Position numbers and translations under genes: made by a program. DNA of 64,000 nt, from positions 1,676 to 65,675 of the forward strand of contig NZ_DATCRD010000288.1 of NCBI RefSeq assembly GCF_036569185.1, read 5' to 3'. This document shows, piece after piece, positions 1 through 9,741 of the stretch. The notes under the pieces were generated by a model, which saw only the letters and a program-made list of their open reading frames with translations, did no database searches and had not been told where the DNA came from. This DNA is from Chitinophaga sp. GTDB taxonomy: Bacteria; Bacteroidota; Bacteroidia; Chitinophagales; Chitinophagaceae. Every line of letters starts with the position of its first letter. The first letter of the stretch is position 1.

Positions 1-2
1 CG

Positions 3-524
3 GATCCCTATAAACTTACTTTCCTGAAAGAAGGCTATAAAAAACTGGACTTCACCCTGCCGGACCTCAATGGCAACAACGTTTCCCTGAGCGACGACAA
101 ATACAAGGGAAAAGTAGTGATCGTGGAAATCATTGGCACCTGGTGCCCTAATTGCACAGATCAAACCTCCTTTCTCTCCCCCTGGTTCAATAAAAACAAA
201 GACCGCGGTGTAGAAGCCATCGCTATCGGCTTTGAACAGAAAGACGACCTCGAATACGCAAAGTATACCCTTGGCAAACTGAAAGAAAAATACAATATCC
301 AATATGATATTCTTTTTGGCGGCATTGCTGATAAGAAAGTGGCGTCTGAAAAACTACCGGCGCTCAACCGCATGATGGCCTTCCCTACTACTATCATCAT
401 TGACCGCAAAGGCGAAGTACGGCAGATACATACGGGCTATACCGGCGAAGTAACCGGTCAGTATTACAAAGACTATGTAGCTAAATGGAACCAGGACCTG
501 GATGCTTTGATTGCTGAAAACTAA
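3..524 (+). CDS. TlpA-family thioredoxin-like disulfide reductase (5' partial)
   Basis: Frame is open from base 3 (DPYKLTFLKEGYKKLDFTLPDLNG...). Contains 'GKVVIVEIIGTWCPNC' with a CxxC motif and 'AFPTTIIIDRKGEV', typical of TlpA/ResA. Confidence 0.85.
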   Translation, partial: DPYKLTFLKEGYKKLDFTLPDLNGNNVSLSDDKYKGKVVIVEIIGTWCPNCTDQTSFLSPWFNKNKDRGVEAIAIGFEQKDDLEYAKYTLGKLKEKYNIQYDILFGGIADKKVASEKLPALNRMMAFPTTIIIDRKGEVRQIHTGYTGEVTGQYYKDYVAKWNQDLDALIAEN

Positions 525-604
525 TTTTAACATTTATTTCCGGATCTCGTAAACGCTAATCCAACCGTCAACATTAAATTGCACCAAATTTAAACACACA
601 ACAT

Positions 605-1249
605 ATGCAACGATTAGCATCACTGCTCTTTATTGGAGGATCCATCTTCCTGATGTCTTTCACCTCACCTGCTACTGTCAACAAAGGAGAAAAACCAACC
701 AAAGCTGCGGCAGCCAGGAAAGCAACTGTTTTCCTGGTAGACAGTAAAGAAAGCAAATTAAGCTGGACAGGTAAAAAAGTAACCGGTCAGCATGAAGGCA
801 CTATCAATATTGCCGATGGTAAACTGGAAGTAGAAAGTAACGTATTGAAAGGCGGCAGCTTTTCTCTCGATACCCGCAGCATCGTGGTAACCGATATCAA
901 AGATGCAGGCGGCAACGCTAAATTACTGGGGCACCTGAAAAGCGAAGATTTCTTCGCAGTGGAGAAATTTCCCTCCGCTACCTTTGTAACTACCAGCGTA
1001 ACTTCCAAAGGCGGTGGTAACTATGAAGTAACGGGCAACTTAACCATTAAAGGTATCACCAACCCGGTTACCTTCCCCGCTACTGTAACGGTTGCGGGCA
1101 GCAAGCTCACAGCCAAAGCAGCTATTAAAGTAGACCGTACCAAATACAATATTAAATACGGCTCTAAAAGCTTCTTTGAAGGTATCGGCGATAAAGCCAT
1201 CTACGACGACTTCGACCTGGATGTAACACTCGTAGCCGCTGCCAGATAA
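605..1249 (+). CDS. YceI-family lipid/polyisoprenoid-binding protein with signal peptide
   Basis: Motifs 'SKLSWTGKKVTGQHEGTI', 'LLGHLKSEDFFAVEKFP', 'GNLTIKGITNPV' and 'VDRTKYNIKYGS'. Confidence 0.9.
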   Translation: MQRLASLLFIGGSIFLMSFTSPATVNKGEKPTKAAAARKATVFLVDSKESKLSWTGKKVTGQHEGTINIADGKLEVESNVLKGGSFSLDTRSIVVTDIKDAGGNAKLLGHLKSEDFFAVEKFPSATFVTTSVTSKGGGNYEVTGNLTIKGITNPVTFPATVTVAGSKLTAKAAIKVDRTKYNIKYGSKSFFEGIGDKAIYDDFDLDVTLVAAAR

Positions 1250-1280
1250 TTCGTTCTTGTTTATACTACCCCATTATATA

Positions 1281-1323
1281 ATTCCTGGGGAGCACGGGCA
1301 CTCCGGCCCATGCTCCCGGGAAT
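1281..1323. repeat. Intergenic GC-rich inverted repeat (REP-like hairpin, no U-tract)
   Basis: ATTCCTGGGGAGCACGGGC...GCCCATGCTCCCGGGAAT: near-perfect arms with a 6-nt loop. Confidence 0.55.
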
Positions 1324-1442
1324 GCCAATCCACCAACTATTACAGCCTCTTAACAGCCACCTTTCTTTAATCAACCAATTACTTTTTCTGCAACCCCCAT
1401 GTTGCTGCCGGGCATTACATGCCATTTATAATTTTTACCACC

Positions 1443-2396
1443 ATGAAGCTGAGAAAAATGATTTTCATTTTACTGGGAATACTGTGTGCATACACTATTA
1501 TAGCCGGGTTTAAAACCAATGATCCGCCCACTAAAGCACAGCTGGGAGAAAAACTGTTCTTTGATCCCCTGTTGTCGAAAGACCGCAGCATCAGCTGCGC
1601 ATCTTGTCATATCCCTCAATTTGGATTTGCAGATACCCTCGCCTTCAGCAACGGTATTCATCATACGCCCACCAAAAGGAATACGCCAGGCATTACCAAT
1701 CTTTCCGGGCGCCCTAATTTTTTCTGGGATGGCCGCGCCGCTTCCCTGGAAGACCAGGCGCTGCAGCCCATCATCAACCCCGATGAAATGGGCCTGCCTA
1801 TTGAAGAAGCGGTACAGCGCCTCAACGATAATGAAAGCTACAGGAGCTACTTCCAGCAACTGTTTAACAGTCCGCCAAACAGCAAAAACCTGCTGCAGGC
1901 CATCGCTGCATTTGAACGTACATTGGAAACCGCCAACAGCCCTTACGACCGGTACATTGCCGGCGATGATAACGCACTAACGCCATCGGCTATACGTGGA
2001 CGCCTTCTTTTTATAGGTAAAGCCAATTGTAATAATTGTCATTCGGGAGAAGATTTTACTGCAGACCGTTTCAAGAACATCGGTCTTTATAACGGAACCA
2101 CCCTTAGGGACGCGGGCCGCTTTGAAGCAACGAAAGACAGCTCCCACCGAGGTTTTTTCAAGGTGCCTGGCTTACGCAACGTAGCCGTTACCGCTCCGTA
2201 TATGCATAACGGTATGTTCAAAACGCTGAAGGAAGTAATTGCCTATTACAATGAGCCCAACAACATTGTGCATGATGGTATCAACCGCGACCTGTCGCTC
2301 AGCAAACCGCTCAACCTCAGCAAAGAAGAAATGGAAGACCTGGAAGCATTCCTGGTAGCGCTTACCGACGACCGATTCAAACTAAAAGATCATTAA
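1443..2396 (+). CDS. Di-heme cytochrome c peroxidase / MauG-like protein
   Basis: Two heme motifs (CASCH, CNNCH) plus 'LGEKLFFDPLLS', 'RNTPGITN', 'FWDGRAASLEDQA' and 'FKVPGLRNVAVTAPYMHNG'. Start taken at MKLRK (1443). Confidence 0.9.
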   Translation: MKLRKMIFILLGILCAYTIIAGFKTNDPPTKAQLGEKLFFDPLLSKDRSISCASCHIPQFGFADTLAFSNGIHHTPTKRNTPGITNLSGRPNFFWDGRAASLEDQALQPIINPDEMGLPIEEAVQRLNDNESYRSYFQQLFNSPPNSKNLLQAIAAFERTLETANSPYDRYIAGDDNALTPSAIRGRLLFIGKANCNNCHSGEDFTADRFKNIGLYNGTTLRDAGRFEATKDSSHRGFFKVPGLRNVAVTAPYMHNGMFKTLKEVIAYYNEPNNIVHDGINRDLSLSKPLNLSKEEMEDLEAFLVALTDDRFKLKDH

Positions 2397-2417
2397 CCAT
2401 AAAAAATCAACCTGGGC

Positions 2418-4973
2418 ATGAAAAAAATTATACTGCCGGTCATCTCTCCCCTGATGCTGCTCTCAGCAACACTTGCAGCACAGGACAAACACCTCACGGA
2501 TACTACCAGCCAGCTGGGGGAAGTACAGATCGTGGGCAGCCGCAGCGCCAACCGTACCAAACTGAATTCGCCGGTACCTGTAGATATCATCGATATTAAG
2601 TCACTGCAGGAAGCAGCGCCGCAAACCAGCGTCACGCAACTGTTGCAATATGTATCCCCCTCCTTCCATTCCGTAAACGGCTCCAACGCCGGCGATGCGG
2701 GATCAGCCCTGAGCCTTGCACAACTGAAAGGTCTCGGCGTAGACCAGCTGCTGGTACTGGTAAATGGTAAACGCCGCCATAAAAGCTCCAATGTGAACTG
2801 GGGCGGACTGGGCAACGGCGCTACCGGGTACGATCTCAACTCCATTCCCGCCGGCGCTATAGAACGCATCGAAATACTGCGCGACGGCGCCGCCGCCCAA
2901 TACGGCTCCGATGCCATCGCCGGCGTGATCAACATCGTACTGAAAAAACAAACGGATGATGTGATCGTATCCACTACCGGCAGCATCCGCCGCAGGGGCG
3001 ACGGCGCCAGCACCCGCACCAATATTAACTACGGTATCAAAATAGGCGACCGCGGCGGCTACCTCAATGCCACCGCCGAATTTGCCACACAAGCTATTTC
3101 ACTCCCTCCCGGCCGCGAGGACGCAGGGCTGTACAACGGCCCCATCTATGGCGGCGGCGCCAATACCCGTGGTTACGATAATATCTATACCAAAGAAATA
3201 GACGACGCCATCCTCGCCAGCAGGGGCATCGACCGCCACTACTTTGACCAGCGCGGCGGAGGTTCCAACAAAGCTAAAGACGCATTGCTGTTTTTTAATA
3301 CAGCCATTCCCGTTAGTGACCATGCAGAGGTGTATGCCTTCGGCGGTATTAGTCACCGCAACTCCCAGTTTACCGCGGTATACCGCCTGCCAGGATGGAC
3401 GGAGCGCAACAATACCGGTCTTTACCCCGATGGTTTCCTGCCCAACATGGACAACAGCATCACCGACAAATCCATTGCCATTGGCCTCAAAGCCAGGGCC
3501 GGCGAATGGAAGCTCGATATCTCCAATGTATACGGCAAAAATGATTTCGGCAATGTGATCAGCAACTCACTCAATGCCAGCCTGGGTCTTAAAAGCCCCA
3601 CTACTTTTGATGCCGGCAAGTACAACGCCTCGCAAAACACCGCCAGCCTGGATATCAGCCGCTACTTCCCTTCCGTGCTGCATGGCCTCAATATCGCATT
3701 CGGCGCACAGTACCGCACGGAAACCTACCAGATCATTGCCGGTGAAGAAGCCTCCTACAGCAAAGCAGACCTCCGTCCCATTTATACGGTAGATACTTCC
3801 GTAAACGGTGTGCCTTACCTGGCGGACGGCGGCCTGCTGGCGCTGAATGGGCTTTCTCCCGGGTCACAGATCCATGCAGGGTTCCGCCCTTCGAATGAAG
3901 TGAATGTGAGTCGCGCTATAGTAGCCGGCTATGCGGATATAGAGCTTAATGTTACCGAAAAATGGCTGGTATCCGCCGCTCTCCGTGCGGAAAACTTCTC
4001 CGACTTTGGCAATGTTACCACCGGGAAAATAGCCACCCGCTATAGCTTCGCGCCCTGGCTGGGCATCCGTGGTTCCGCCAATACCGGCTTCCGTGCGCCC
4101 GACCTGGCACAGTTCTATTACACCGAAACCTCTACCAGCTTCCAGCAGGGCCGCGCCATCGACCAGGTTACTGCCTCCAATAAAAATGCAGCTACCAGGG
4201 CGCTTGGCATCCCTTCCCTCACGCCGGAGAAAAGCACGGGCTACACCGCCGGTATCACTTCCCAACCCACAAGAAACGTGGAACTGAGCGTTGACGCTTA
4301 TTTTATAGACATCAAAAATCGTGTAGGCAATACCGGTAACTTCTCCGCTACTGATCCCAACCTGCCGGCAGACGTAAGGGCATTGCTGCTGCAAACAGGT
4401 ACCACCCAGGCAAAGTTCTTTTACAACGCCTTCAGTACCCGCACAAAAGGAATTGAATTTACCGGCAGCTATAAAATTCCTCTGCGCCGCAACAGCCTGC
4501 AACTGCTGGCTGGCGGCAACTTTGTAAAGAACGAGGTAACGTCTGTAAATACGCCCAAAGGACTGGAGCAATACCAGTACGTCATCTTCAGCGAATCGGA
4601 AAAAGCAAGGGTAACTACCAATATACCGCAACAGAAAATAACGTTGCAGGCTATACTGAATACGCCCCGTTTTACCTTCCTGGCCCGCACCATTTATTTT
4701 GGCTCCGTTACTACCGCCTCCGCGCTCAATGCTAATTTCCCGCGGCCCGATTACTACTTCCAGGAGCTGAAGCCCATCTGGGTTACCGATTTCTCTGTAG
4801 GATACCGTATCAGCAAAGCCGTACAGGTAACCGCCGGCGTAAATAATGCGTTCAATGTACTGGGCGACTATACCGATAAAGTCATCGCGGGGCTACGCAA
4901 TCCATCTGTAGTAGGCATCCAGAACGGCAGCGCAGGCATCCAGCCATTTGTAAGGTTATACGCGCGTTTCTAA
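2418..4973 (+). CDS. TonB-dependent receptor
   Basis: Signal peptide, plug motifs 'PVPVDII', 'LVLVNGKRRH' and 'IERIEILRDGAAAQYGSDAIAGVINIVLK', and a C-terminal aromatic residue (YARF). Confidence 0.93.
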   Translation: MKKIILPVISPLMLLSATLAAQDKHLTDTTSQLGEVQIVGSRSANRTKLNSPVPVDIIDIKSLQEAAPQTSVTQLLQYVSPSFHSVNGSNAGDAGSALSLAQLKGLGVDQLLVLVNGKRRHKSSNVNWGGLGNGATGYDLNSIPAGAIERIEILRDGAAAQYGSDAIAGVINIVLKKQTDDVIVSTTGSIRRRGDGASTRTNINYGIKIGDRGGYLNATAEFATQAISLPPGREDAGLYNGPIYGGGANTRGYDNIYTKEIDDAILASRGIDRHYFDQRGGGSNKAKDALLFFNTAIPVSDHAEVYAFGGISHRNSQFTAVYRLPGWTERNNTGLYPDGFLPNMDNSITDKSIAIGLKARAGEWKLDISNVYGKNDFGNVISNSLNASLGLKSPTTFDAGKYNASQNTASLDISRYFPSVLHGLNIAFGAQYRTETYQIIAGEEASYSKADLRPIYTVDTSVNGVPYLADGGLLALNGLSPGSQIHAGFRPSNEVNVSRAIVAGYADIELNVTEKWLVSAALRAENFSDFGNVTTGKIATRYSFAPWLGIRGSANTGFRAPDLAQFYYTETSTSFQQGRAIDQVTASNKNAATRALGIPSLTPEKSTGYTAGITSQPTRNVELSVDAYFIDIKNRVGNTGNFSATDPNLPADVRALLLQTGTTQAKFFYNAFSTRTKGIEFTGSYKIPLRRNSLQLLAGGNFVKNEVTSVNTPKGLEQYQYVIFSESEKARVTTNIPQQKITLQAILNTPRFTFLARTIYFGSVTTASALNANFPRPDYYFQELKPIWVTDFSVGYRISKAVQVTAGVNNAFNVLGDYTDKVIAGLRNPSVVGIQNGSAGIQPFVRLYARF

Positions 4974-4991
4974 CCGATTAAAAAAACTATC

Positions 4992-5786
4992 ATGAAAAAT
5001 AATAACCTCTTCCTTATAGGTAGCTTAGCCATACTGGTTTTCAGCGCCTGCAACAAAGCGGATTACCTGGATGTTAACGCAGGCGACCGTCCTCCACTCT
5101 CTGCCAGTATCCGTTTTGTAAATGCCCGCATTCCCGCCACCGGTATCCAGTTCTGGACGTTTACACAAAAAGTAACTACCGATGCCGTGCTGCCCGGCGC
5201 CGCATCGCCTTATGTGCCTACTACCTTCGGGAACGTACAGATCAACTTCACAGAAGGCAGCGGCACTTCCTACAAAGCCTCCAGGCAATTTGGCAACAGC
5301 GCCACCTATTCGGCAACAGGTGGCCCTAACGGCCCTATTGCCGGATACCACCATACTGTATTTGCCGCATCTGCTAAATACAACACCGGCAAAGACACCC
5401 TCATTCTTTTTTATGACGATCTCTCTGCCCCGCCTTCCGGCAAGGCCAAGCTCAGGTTTGTGCACCTGGCGCAGGGCATCGGCGGAGTAAACGTGAAGCT
5501 GAAACAAAACAATGCAGAAAGCGCCCTGTTCAGCGCTATTCCTTATGGAAGCGCTGGTGGCAGTAATCTCCAGGGAACCGCATACGAGAGCGCGCCCTTT
5601 ACTAACGTAAACGCAGGTACGATTTCATTGATCGTAAGCGCAGGGGAAAATGCAACGCCTGTTACTATTGAGCAGCAGGGGCTGACAAACATCACCCTTG
5701 AAGCAGGAAAAATATATACAGTATTTATCCGTGCCGACAGCAAAGGGGGTGTTAGCGCAGGCATCCTTTCTACCGGCGGTTTATAA
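4992..5786 (+). CDS. DUF4397-like lipoprotein
   Basis: Lipobox 'LVFSAC'; two beta-sandwich repeats 'ASIRFVNA' and 'KAKLRFVHLA'; 'LEAGKIYTVF'. Confidence 0.75.
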   Translation: MKNNNLFLIGSLAILVFSACNKADYLDVNAGDRPPLSASIRFVNARIPATGIQFWTFTQKVTTDAVLPGAASPYVPTTFGNVQINFTEGSGTSYKASRQFGNSATYSATGGPNGPIAGYHHTVFAASAKYNTGKDTLILFYDDLSAPPSGKAKLRFVHLAQGIGGVNVKLKQNNAESALFSAIPYGSAGGSNLQGTAYESAPFTNVNAGTISLIVSAGENATPVTIEQQGLTNITLEAGKIYTVFIRADSKGGVSAGILSTGGL

Positions 5787-5813
5787 AGGTTAGCAATTGG
5801 TGGTTTGTAATAA

Positions 5814-5845
5814 AAAAGCAGCGGACGTATTTGTCCGCTGCTTTT
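5814..5845. terminator. Bidirectional intrinsic terminator
   Basis: AAAAGCAGCGGAC-gtattt-GTCCGCTGCTTTT between convergent genes. Confidence 0.85.
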
Positions 5846-5864
5846 ACTTTTTTATAAGCTGCTG

Positions 5865-7766
5865 TTAAAAGCTCACTTTACCGCCTACTGTGATCCATCG
5901 GCCAGGCATGGGCACTGCGCCGGCTTCCACATAGGTTACGTCGAGCAGGTTGGTAGCATCTGCATACACCTGGTAACGGGGTTGCCTATACGCAATACGG
6001 GCATCTAACAGGGTATAGTCTTTGTAATTAACACGCATACAATAACGAGCTGCCGCGGAAACACTGAAGTGACGGGCTATATCTGTACGTACATTGGCAG
6101 TGAACTGGTGCCGCAGGCTTTCGATCACATACCTTGAAATTTTCGTGGTGATGGCGTCTCCTTTAAACGAAGGAGAAAGATAGTTGTACCCGGCATTTAC
6201 GCCAAAACCGTTAAACAGCGAACCATCGCTGAAAACAGTGTTGTAGCCGCTGTTCAACGAAAAACCGGTCATATCCGCCCGCTGGAAATTCTGCGGTTGC
6301 CAGGGAACTTTTGCCGGATCTACCCCGCCGGCGGTATCTTTTACGAAGTCAATAAAATTGCTGACCTGCCGGTAAAATACAGATCCTGAGAAAGAGAATT
6401 TGCCGCTGAACTTCCGTATACCCGCTTCTGCAAAAGATGCCTTCTCCGGTCCCAGGTTTTCATTGCCGGTAATACCGCCTCCTTTATAGTAAAGGTCCGT
6501 GTAAGTAGGCAAACGCTGGGCGGTACCTGCGTTGGCAAAGAGCTTTATGTGGGGCGTAATATTAAAGCCTATATCTGCACCGGGAAAGAATTGCCAGCCG
6601 TATACCGTGTTGTAATTAAGATAACCGCCTACGGTAAAGCTGAACCGGCGGTCGGCCAAAGATTTATACTCCCCGAACAGGCCCAGGTTGGTACGGTCGT
6701 GGTTACCGAGGTTAGAGCTTTTAATATGCTCATAACGCCCTTCCAGGCCGGCCCCAAAGGTACCGATGGCAGTGGTAAACGTATTATTCAGCTCTGCATC
6801 GAACACATGGGTATTATGAAGATTCCTGAATTTATCGGGTTTTATGTAGATGTAATCATCTTTGGTGTAGCGGTAGCTTACCCGCGGCGTCATCACCCAG
6901 TTGGGGTTAATGCGGGAGGTATTGCTTACGGCGGCGAAGAGGGTTTTCACGGTTTCCTCTGCATTCAGATCCCCGGGAGCGGCGTAAAAACCATTGGCCC
7001 CATAGCCGTTATTGACGAAACCGGCCATCACATTGTATTGATGAAGGGTATCACGGCTAAAGGCGGCCTGGTAAAATGCGCGGTAGTTATCGTAAGCGGT
7101 GTTGTAGCGGTAGCCGTTGCCCTGGTTACGACTGGCGGAAAGCGACTGGCTTACGCCATTCTTTACCAGCGCACCGGTGGCTCCAATGCTGTATGCGCCG
7201 TATAAATTATTGTTTTCGTTCTTTTTAAAACTGCTGCCCCCGCTGCCGCTGATACTCACCCCGCTCTCAGTGGCTTTACGGGTTACGATATTAATAGCGC
7301 CATTCAGTGCATTGATCCCGTAAACACGGGCCGCAGCGCCTCTCAGCACTTCTATATGGTCTACATCCGCCAGGGAAACAGGCAGGTTCATGATATTATG
7401 GCCGGTTTGCGGATCGGTGATCTTTACACCGTTCAGCAACACCAGGGTCTGGTCAAAAGTGCCCCCGTCGATACCAATATCCGCCTGGATACCGCCCGGG
7501 CCCCGCTGCCGTACATCCAGTCCGGGTACATGAGCCAGTACTTCTGTTATAGACGATACCGGCATCGCTTCTATCTGCCGGCGGGTAATGATGGTAATGT
7601 TCCGGTTCACCGCCTTTACAGGCGCTGCCAGCCTGTTTTCCTGCACAATCACTTCATCCAGGTGGCGGGTGATTAGCACAGTGTCGGCCTGCTGCGCAGT
7701 GGCGCTGCCACAAAGGCCCAGGAACAGGGATATCAGTAATTTGTTATTCGGTACTGCTACGCGCAT
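5865..7766 (-). CDS. TonB-dependent receptor (BtuB-like size and architecture; substrate unknown)
   Basis: Motifs 'GLDVRQRGPGGIQADIGIDGG' and 'DHIEVLRGAAARVYGINALNGAINIVT'; C-terminal 'GRWITVGGKVSF'. Confidence 0.9.
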   Translation of the reverse strand: MRVAVPNNKLLISLFLGLCGSATAQQADTVLITRHLDEVIVQENRLAAPVKAVNRNITIITRRQIEAMPVSSITEVLAHVPGLDVRQRGPGGIQADIGIDGGTFDQTLVLLNGVKITDPQTGHNIMNLPVSLADVDHIEVLRGAAARVYGINALNGAINIVTRKATESGVSISGSGGSSFKKNENNNLYGAYSIGATGALVKNGVSQSLSASRNQGNGYRYNTAYDNYRAFYQAAFSRDTLHQYNVMAGFVNNGYGANGFYAAPGDLNAEETVKTLFAAVSNTSRINPNWVMTPRVSYRYTKDDYIYIKPDKFRNLHNTHVFDAELNNTFTTAIGTFGAGLEGRYEHIKSSNLGNHDRTNLGLFGEYKSLADRRFSFTVGGYLNYNTVYGWQFFPGADIGFNITPHIKLFANAGTAQRLPTYTDLYYKGGGITGNENLGPEKASFAEAGIRKFSGKFSFSGSVFYRQVSNFIDFVKDTAGGVDPAKVPWQPQNFQRADMTGFSLNSGYNTVFSDGSLFNGFGVNAGYNYLSPSFKGDAITTKISRYVIESLRHQFTANVRTDIARHFSVSAAARYCMRVNYKDYTLLDARIAYRQPRYQVYADATNLLDVTYVEAGAVPMPGRWITVGGKVSF

Positions 7767-7792
7767 CTCTCAAAATGATTGCTAAAAGAGCG

Positions 7793-7800
7793 CAAAAGTA
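7793..7800 (-). promoter_or_regulatory. Bacteroidota -7 promoter element
   Basis: Minus strand reads TACTTTTG (TAnnTTTG consensus), 27 nt upstream of the receptor start. Confidence 0.5.
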
Positions 7801-7821
7801 CGCATTAAATCATTTATCCCA

Positions 7822-8274
7822 TCAGCTAAGGGTATTCTGCAGGGATAACCAGGTGGCGCGGTCCATTTCAAACCTCAGCTCCCCGTTCTTCATCAGCCCT
7901 GCATTTTTCCAGCCGCTGCGGGTGTAAAAATATTCCGCCCGGGTGCCCGGGGCAGTGCCCAGCCAAAGCGGCCCCGGGTAAGTGGAGAAGTACCAGCTGA
8001 GCATAAGACGCTGCAACTCCCGGCCAATTCCCCGGGCCTCCGTATGCGGATCCACGAACAAGGCCCAGATATTATGTGAGCCGGTATCCACAATGGCGAA
8101 TCCCACAATAAGCCCGGCCGATTCACACAGCCATCCCTTGCCACTGATGGTAAGATATTGTACATAATCAGCCGTGGTAACCAGCCCCGGGTTATTCAGC
8201 ACATTTTCTTTCACAGCAGCGCGGACGCGCTGCAAACCAGGGATATCGGCAATTGTTGCTTCTCTGAAGATCAT
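7822..8274 (-). CDS. GNAT-family N-acetyltransferase
   Basis: 'MIFREATIADIP', 'IWALFVDPHTEARGIGRELQ' (motif A) and 'AEYFYTRSGW'. Start reassigned to the ATG at 8274. Confidence 0.85.
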   Translation of the reverse strand: MIFREATIADIPGLQRVRAAVKENVLNNPGLVTTADYVQYLTISGKGWLCESAGLIVGFAIVDTGSHNIWALFVDPHTEARGIGRELQRLMLSWYFSTYPGPLWLGTAPGTRAEYFYTRSGWKNAGLMKNGELRFEMDRATWLSLQNTLS

Positions 8275-8536
8275 ATGCGGATGGGGTAAATACGTGAACG
8301 GATATACGTAACTGCCAGCGGTAATAAATTTTAACCGGCGGAATATATTCGCCCGGTTAAGATACATTTATCTCCACAAAAAAACTTTAATTTTGTGATG
8401 CTATGTCACCAGATAACAACAGGAAAGCAAAGATCCTCAAATGGATAAAAAAGCTCGGCTTCTGGGGCTTTCTTTTCTTTCTTATAAAGGGCCTGCTGTG
8501 GCTGGCCCTGGGTTACTGGGGCGCCTCTCTGTTCCG

Positions 8537-9319
8537 TTAAAAACGGAACACGCCATCTATCACCGTCACGGCTTCTCCTTTCAGCAATACACGATCCCCA
8601 TCCAGTATCACTTTCAACTCTCCTCCCCGGGGCGATGCCTGGTAAGCAAAGAACTCGTTTTTATGTAATCTTGCCGCCCAGTAAGTAGCTAAACTGCAAT
8701 GTGCAGAACCGGTTACAGGGTCTTCATCAACGCCTATCGGTGTGGCAAAATAGCGGGAAATAAAATCGTATGGTCCTTCCGCTGCGCCTTTCCCGGTAAG
8801 CACCAGCCGGTACGGCGCCAGGAGGTTCCTGTCGGGCACAAAACCGGCCACGGCGGCTCCTGTTGGCAGCTCTATGATGTAGCGGTCTACGCTGAAAGCT
8901 ACATCAATGGCATCGGTAAACAGTTTGCGCAGGTCGTCGGGCATGGCTGCCCTGCTGCATTCCCGGGCCGGGAAGTTGAGCGTGATCCACCCGTTTTGCC
9001 GGCTGGCGGTTAGCACGCCGCTCAGCGTGGTAAAGGAAATGGTAGCATCCGGGGCCACCAGCCCGGCTTCCCATAACACGTGCGCGCTGGCCAGTGTAGC
9101 ATGCCCGCAAAGCGTCATTTCTACTTTTGGTGAAAACCAGCGCAGGTGGTAACCATTTTCCTGTGGCAGCAGGAATGCCGTTTCCGCCAGGTTATTTTCC
9201 GCCGCGATGGATTTCAATACCTCATCGCCGGGCATCTGCTCCAGGAGGCACACGCCTGCCTGGTTTCCTTTAAATGGGCTTCTGGTAAAAGCATCTACCT
9301 GAAAAAATCTTACTTCCAT
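8537..9319 (-). CDS. PhzF-family (diaminopimelate epimerase-like) protein
   Basis: Motifs 'QVDAFT..PFKGNQAGV', 'NNLAETAF', 'LRWFSP..E..LCGHATLASA' and 'EDPVTGSAHC'. Confidence 0.92.
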   Translation of the reverse strand: MEVRFFQVDAFTRSPFKGNQAGVCLLEQMPGDEVLKSIAAENNLAETAFLLPQENGYHLRWFSPKVEMTLCGHATLASAHVLWEAGLVAPDATISFTTLSGVLTASRQNGWITLNFPARECSRAAMPDDLRKLFTDAIDVAFSVDRYIIELPTGAAVAGFVPDRNLLAPYRLVLTGKGAAEGPYDFISRYFATPIGVDEDPVTGSAHCSLATYWAARLHKNEFFAYQASPRGGELKVILDGDRVLLKGEAVTVIDGVFRF

Positions 9320-9408
9320 ATGTTGTTACAAATTGCAGCACAAAAATGCAGCGAATTATTTTCTAAAAACAGATGCAATTTTGATTATTTCGACCATATC
9401 AGATACCA

Positions 9409-9442
9409 AAAGGCTTCATGCAGTTACCTGCATGAAGCCTTT
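9409..9442. terminator. Intrinsic terminator after the CDGSH gene
   Basis: AAAGGCTTCATGCAG-ttac-CTGCATGAAGCCTTT, a perfect 15-bp stem. Confidence 0.8.
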
Positions 9443-9460
9443 AAAACGGTGTTGATTTTA

Positions 9461-9679
9461 CTACTTTTTCGGAGGGAGCGCAAATGCCACGGCATCATGC
9501 TCAAAGTGACCTTTGTGGGAGCCATCGCAGAACGGTTTGTTGGCAGAAAGCCCGCAACGGCAGATACCAACTGCTTCCCGGCCGCCCAGGTCGTACTTGT
9601 TCCCGTTCTTATCCACGATCTCAAATTCACCTTCTATTCTCAGTGAACCATTGTTGTTTACAGTAATTTTTGTAGCCAT
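9461..9679 (-). CDS. CDGSH iron-sulfur domain protein
   Basis: 'ICRCGLSANKPFCDGSH' motif. A TACTTTTG -7 element lies at 9701-9708 on the minus strand. Confidence 0.93.
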   Translation of the reverse strand: MATKITVNNNGSLRIEGEFEIVDKNGNKYDLGGREAVGICRCGLSANKPFCDGSHKGHFEHDAVAFALPPKK

Positions 9680-9741
9680 AAATCTTCCTTATTTGAGCGG
9701 CAAAAGTAGGGAAAACAAATGGCTATTGTGTTAACAACACT

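Noticed and set aside
5787-7860. Cobalamin riboswitch / btuB assignment for the minus-strand receptor
   Set aside because: Only 55 nt separate it from the upstream gene and no B12-box is visible, so the substrate was left unassigned.
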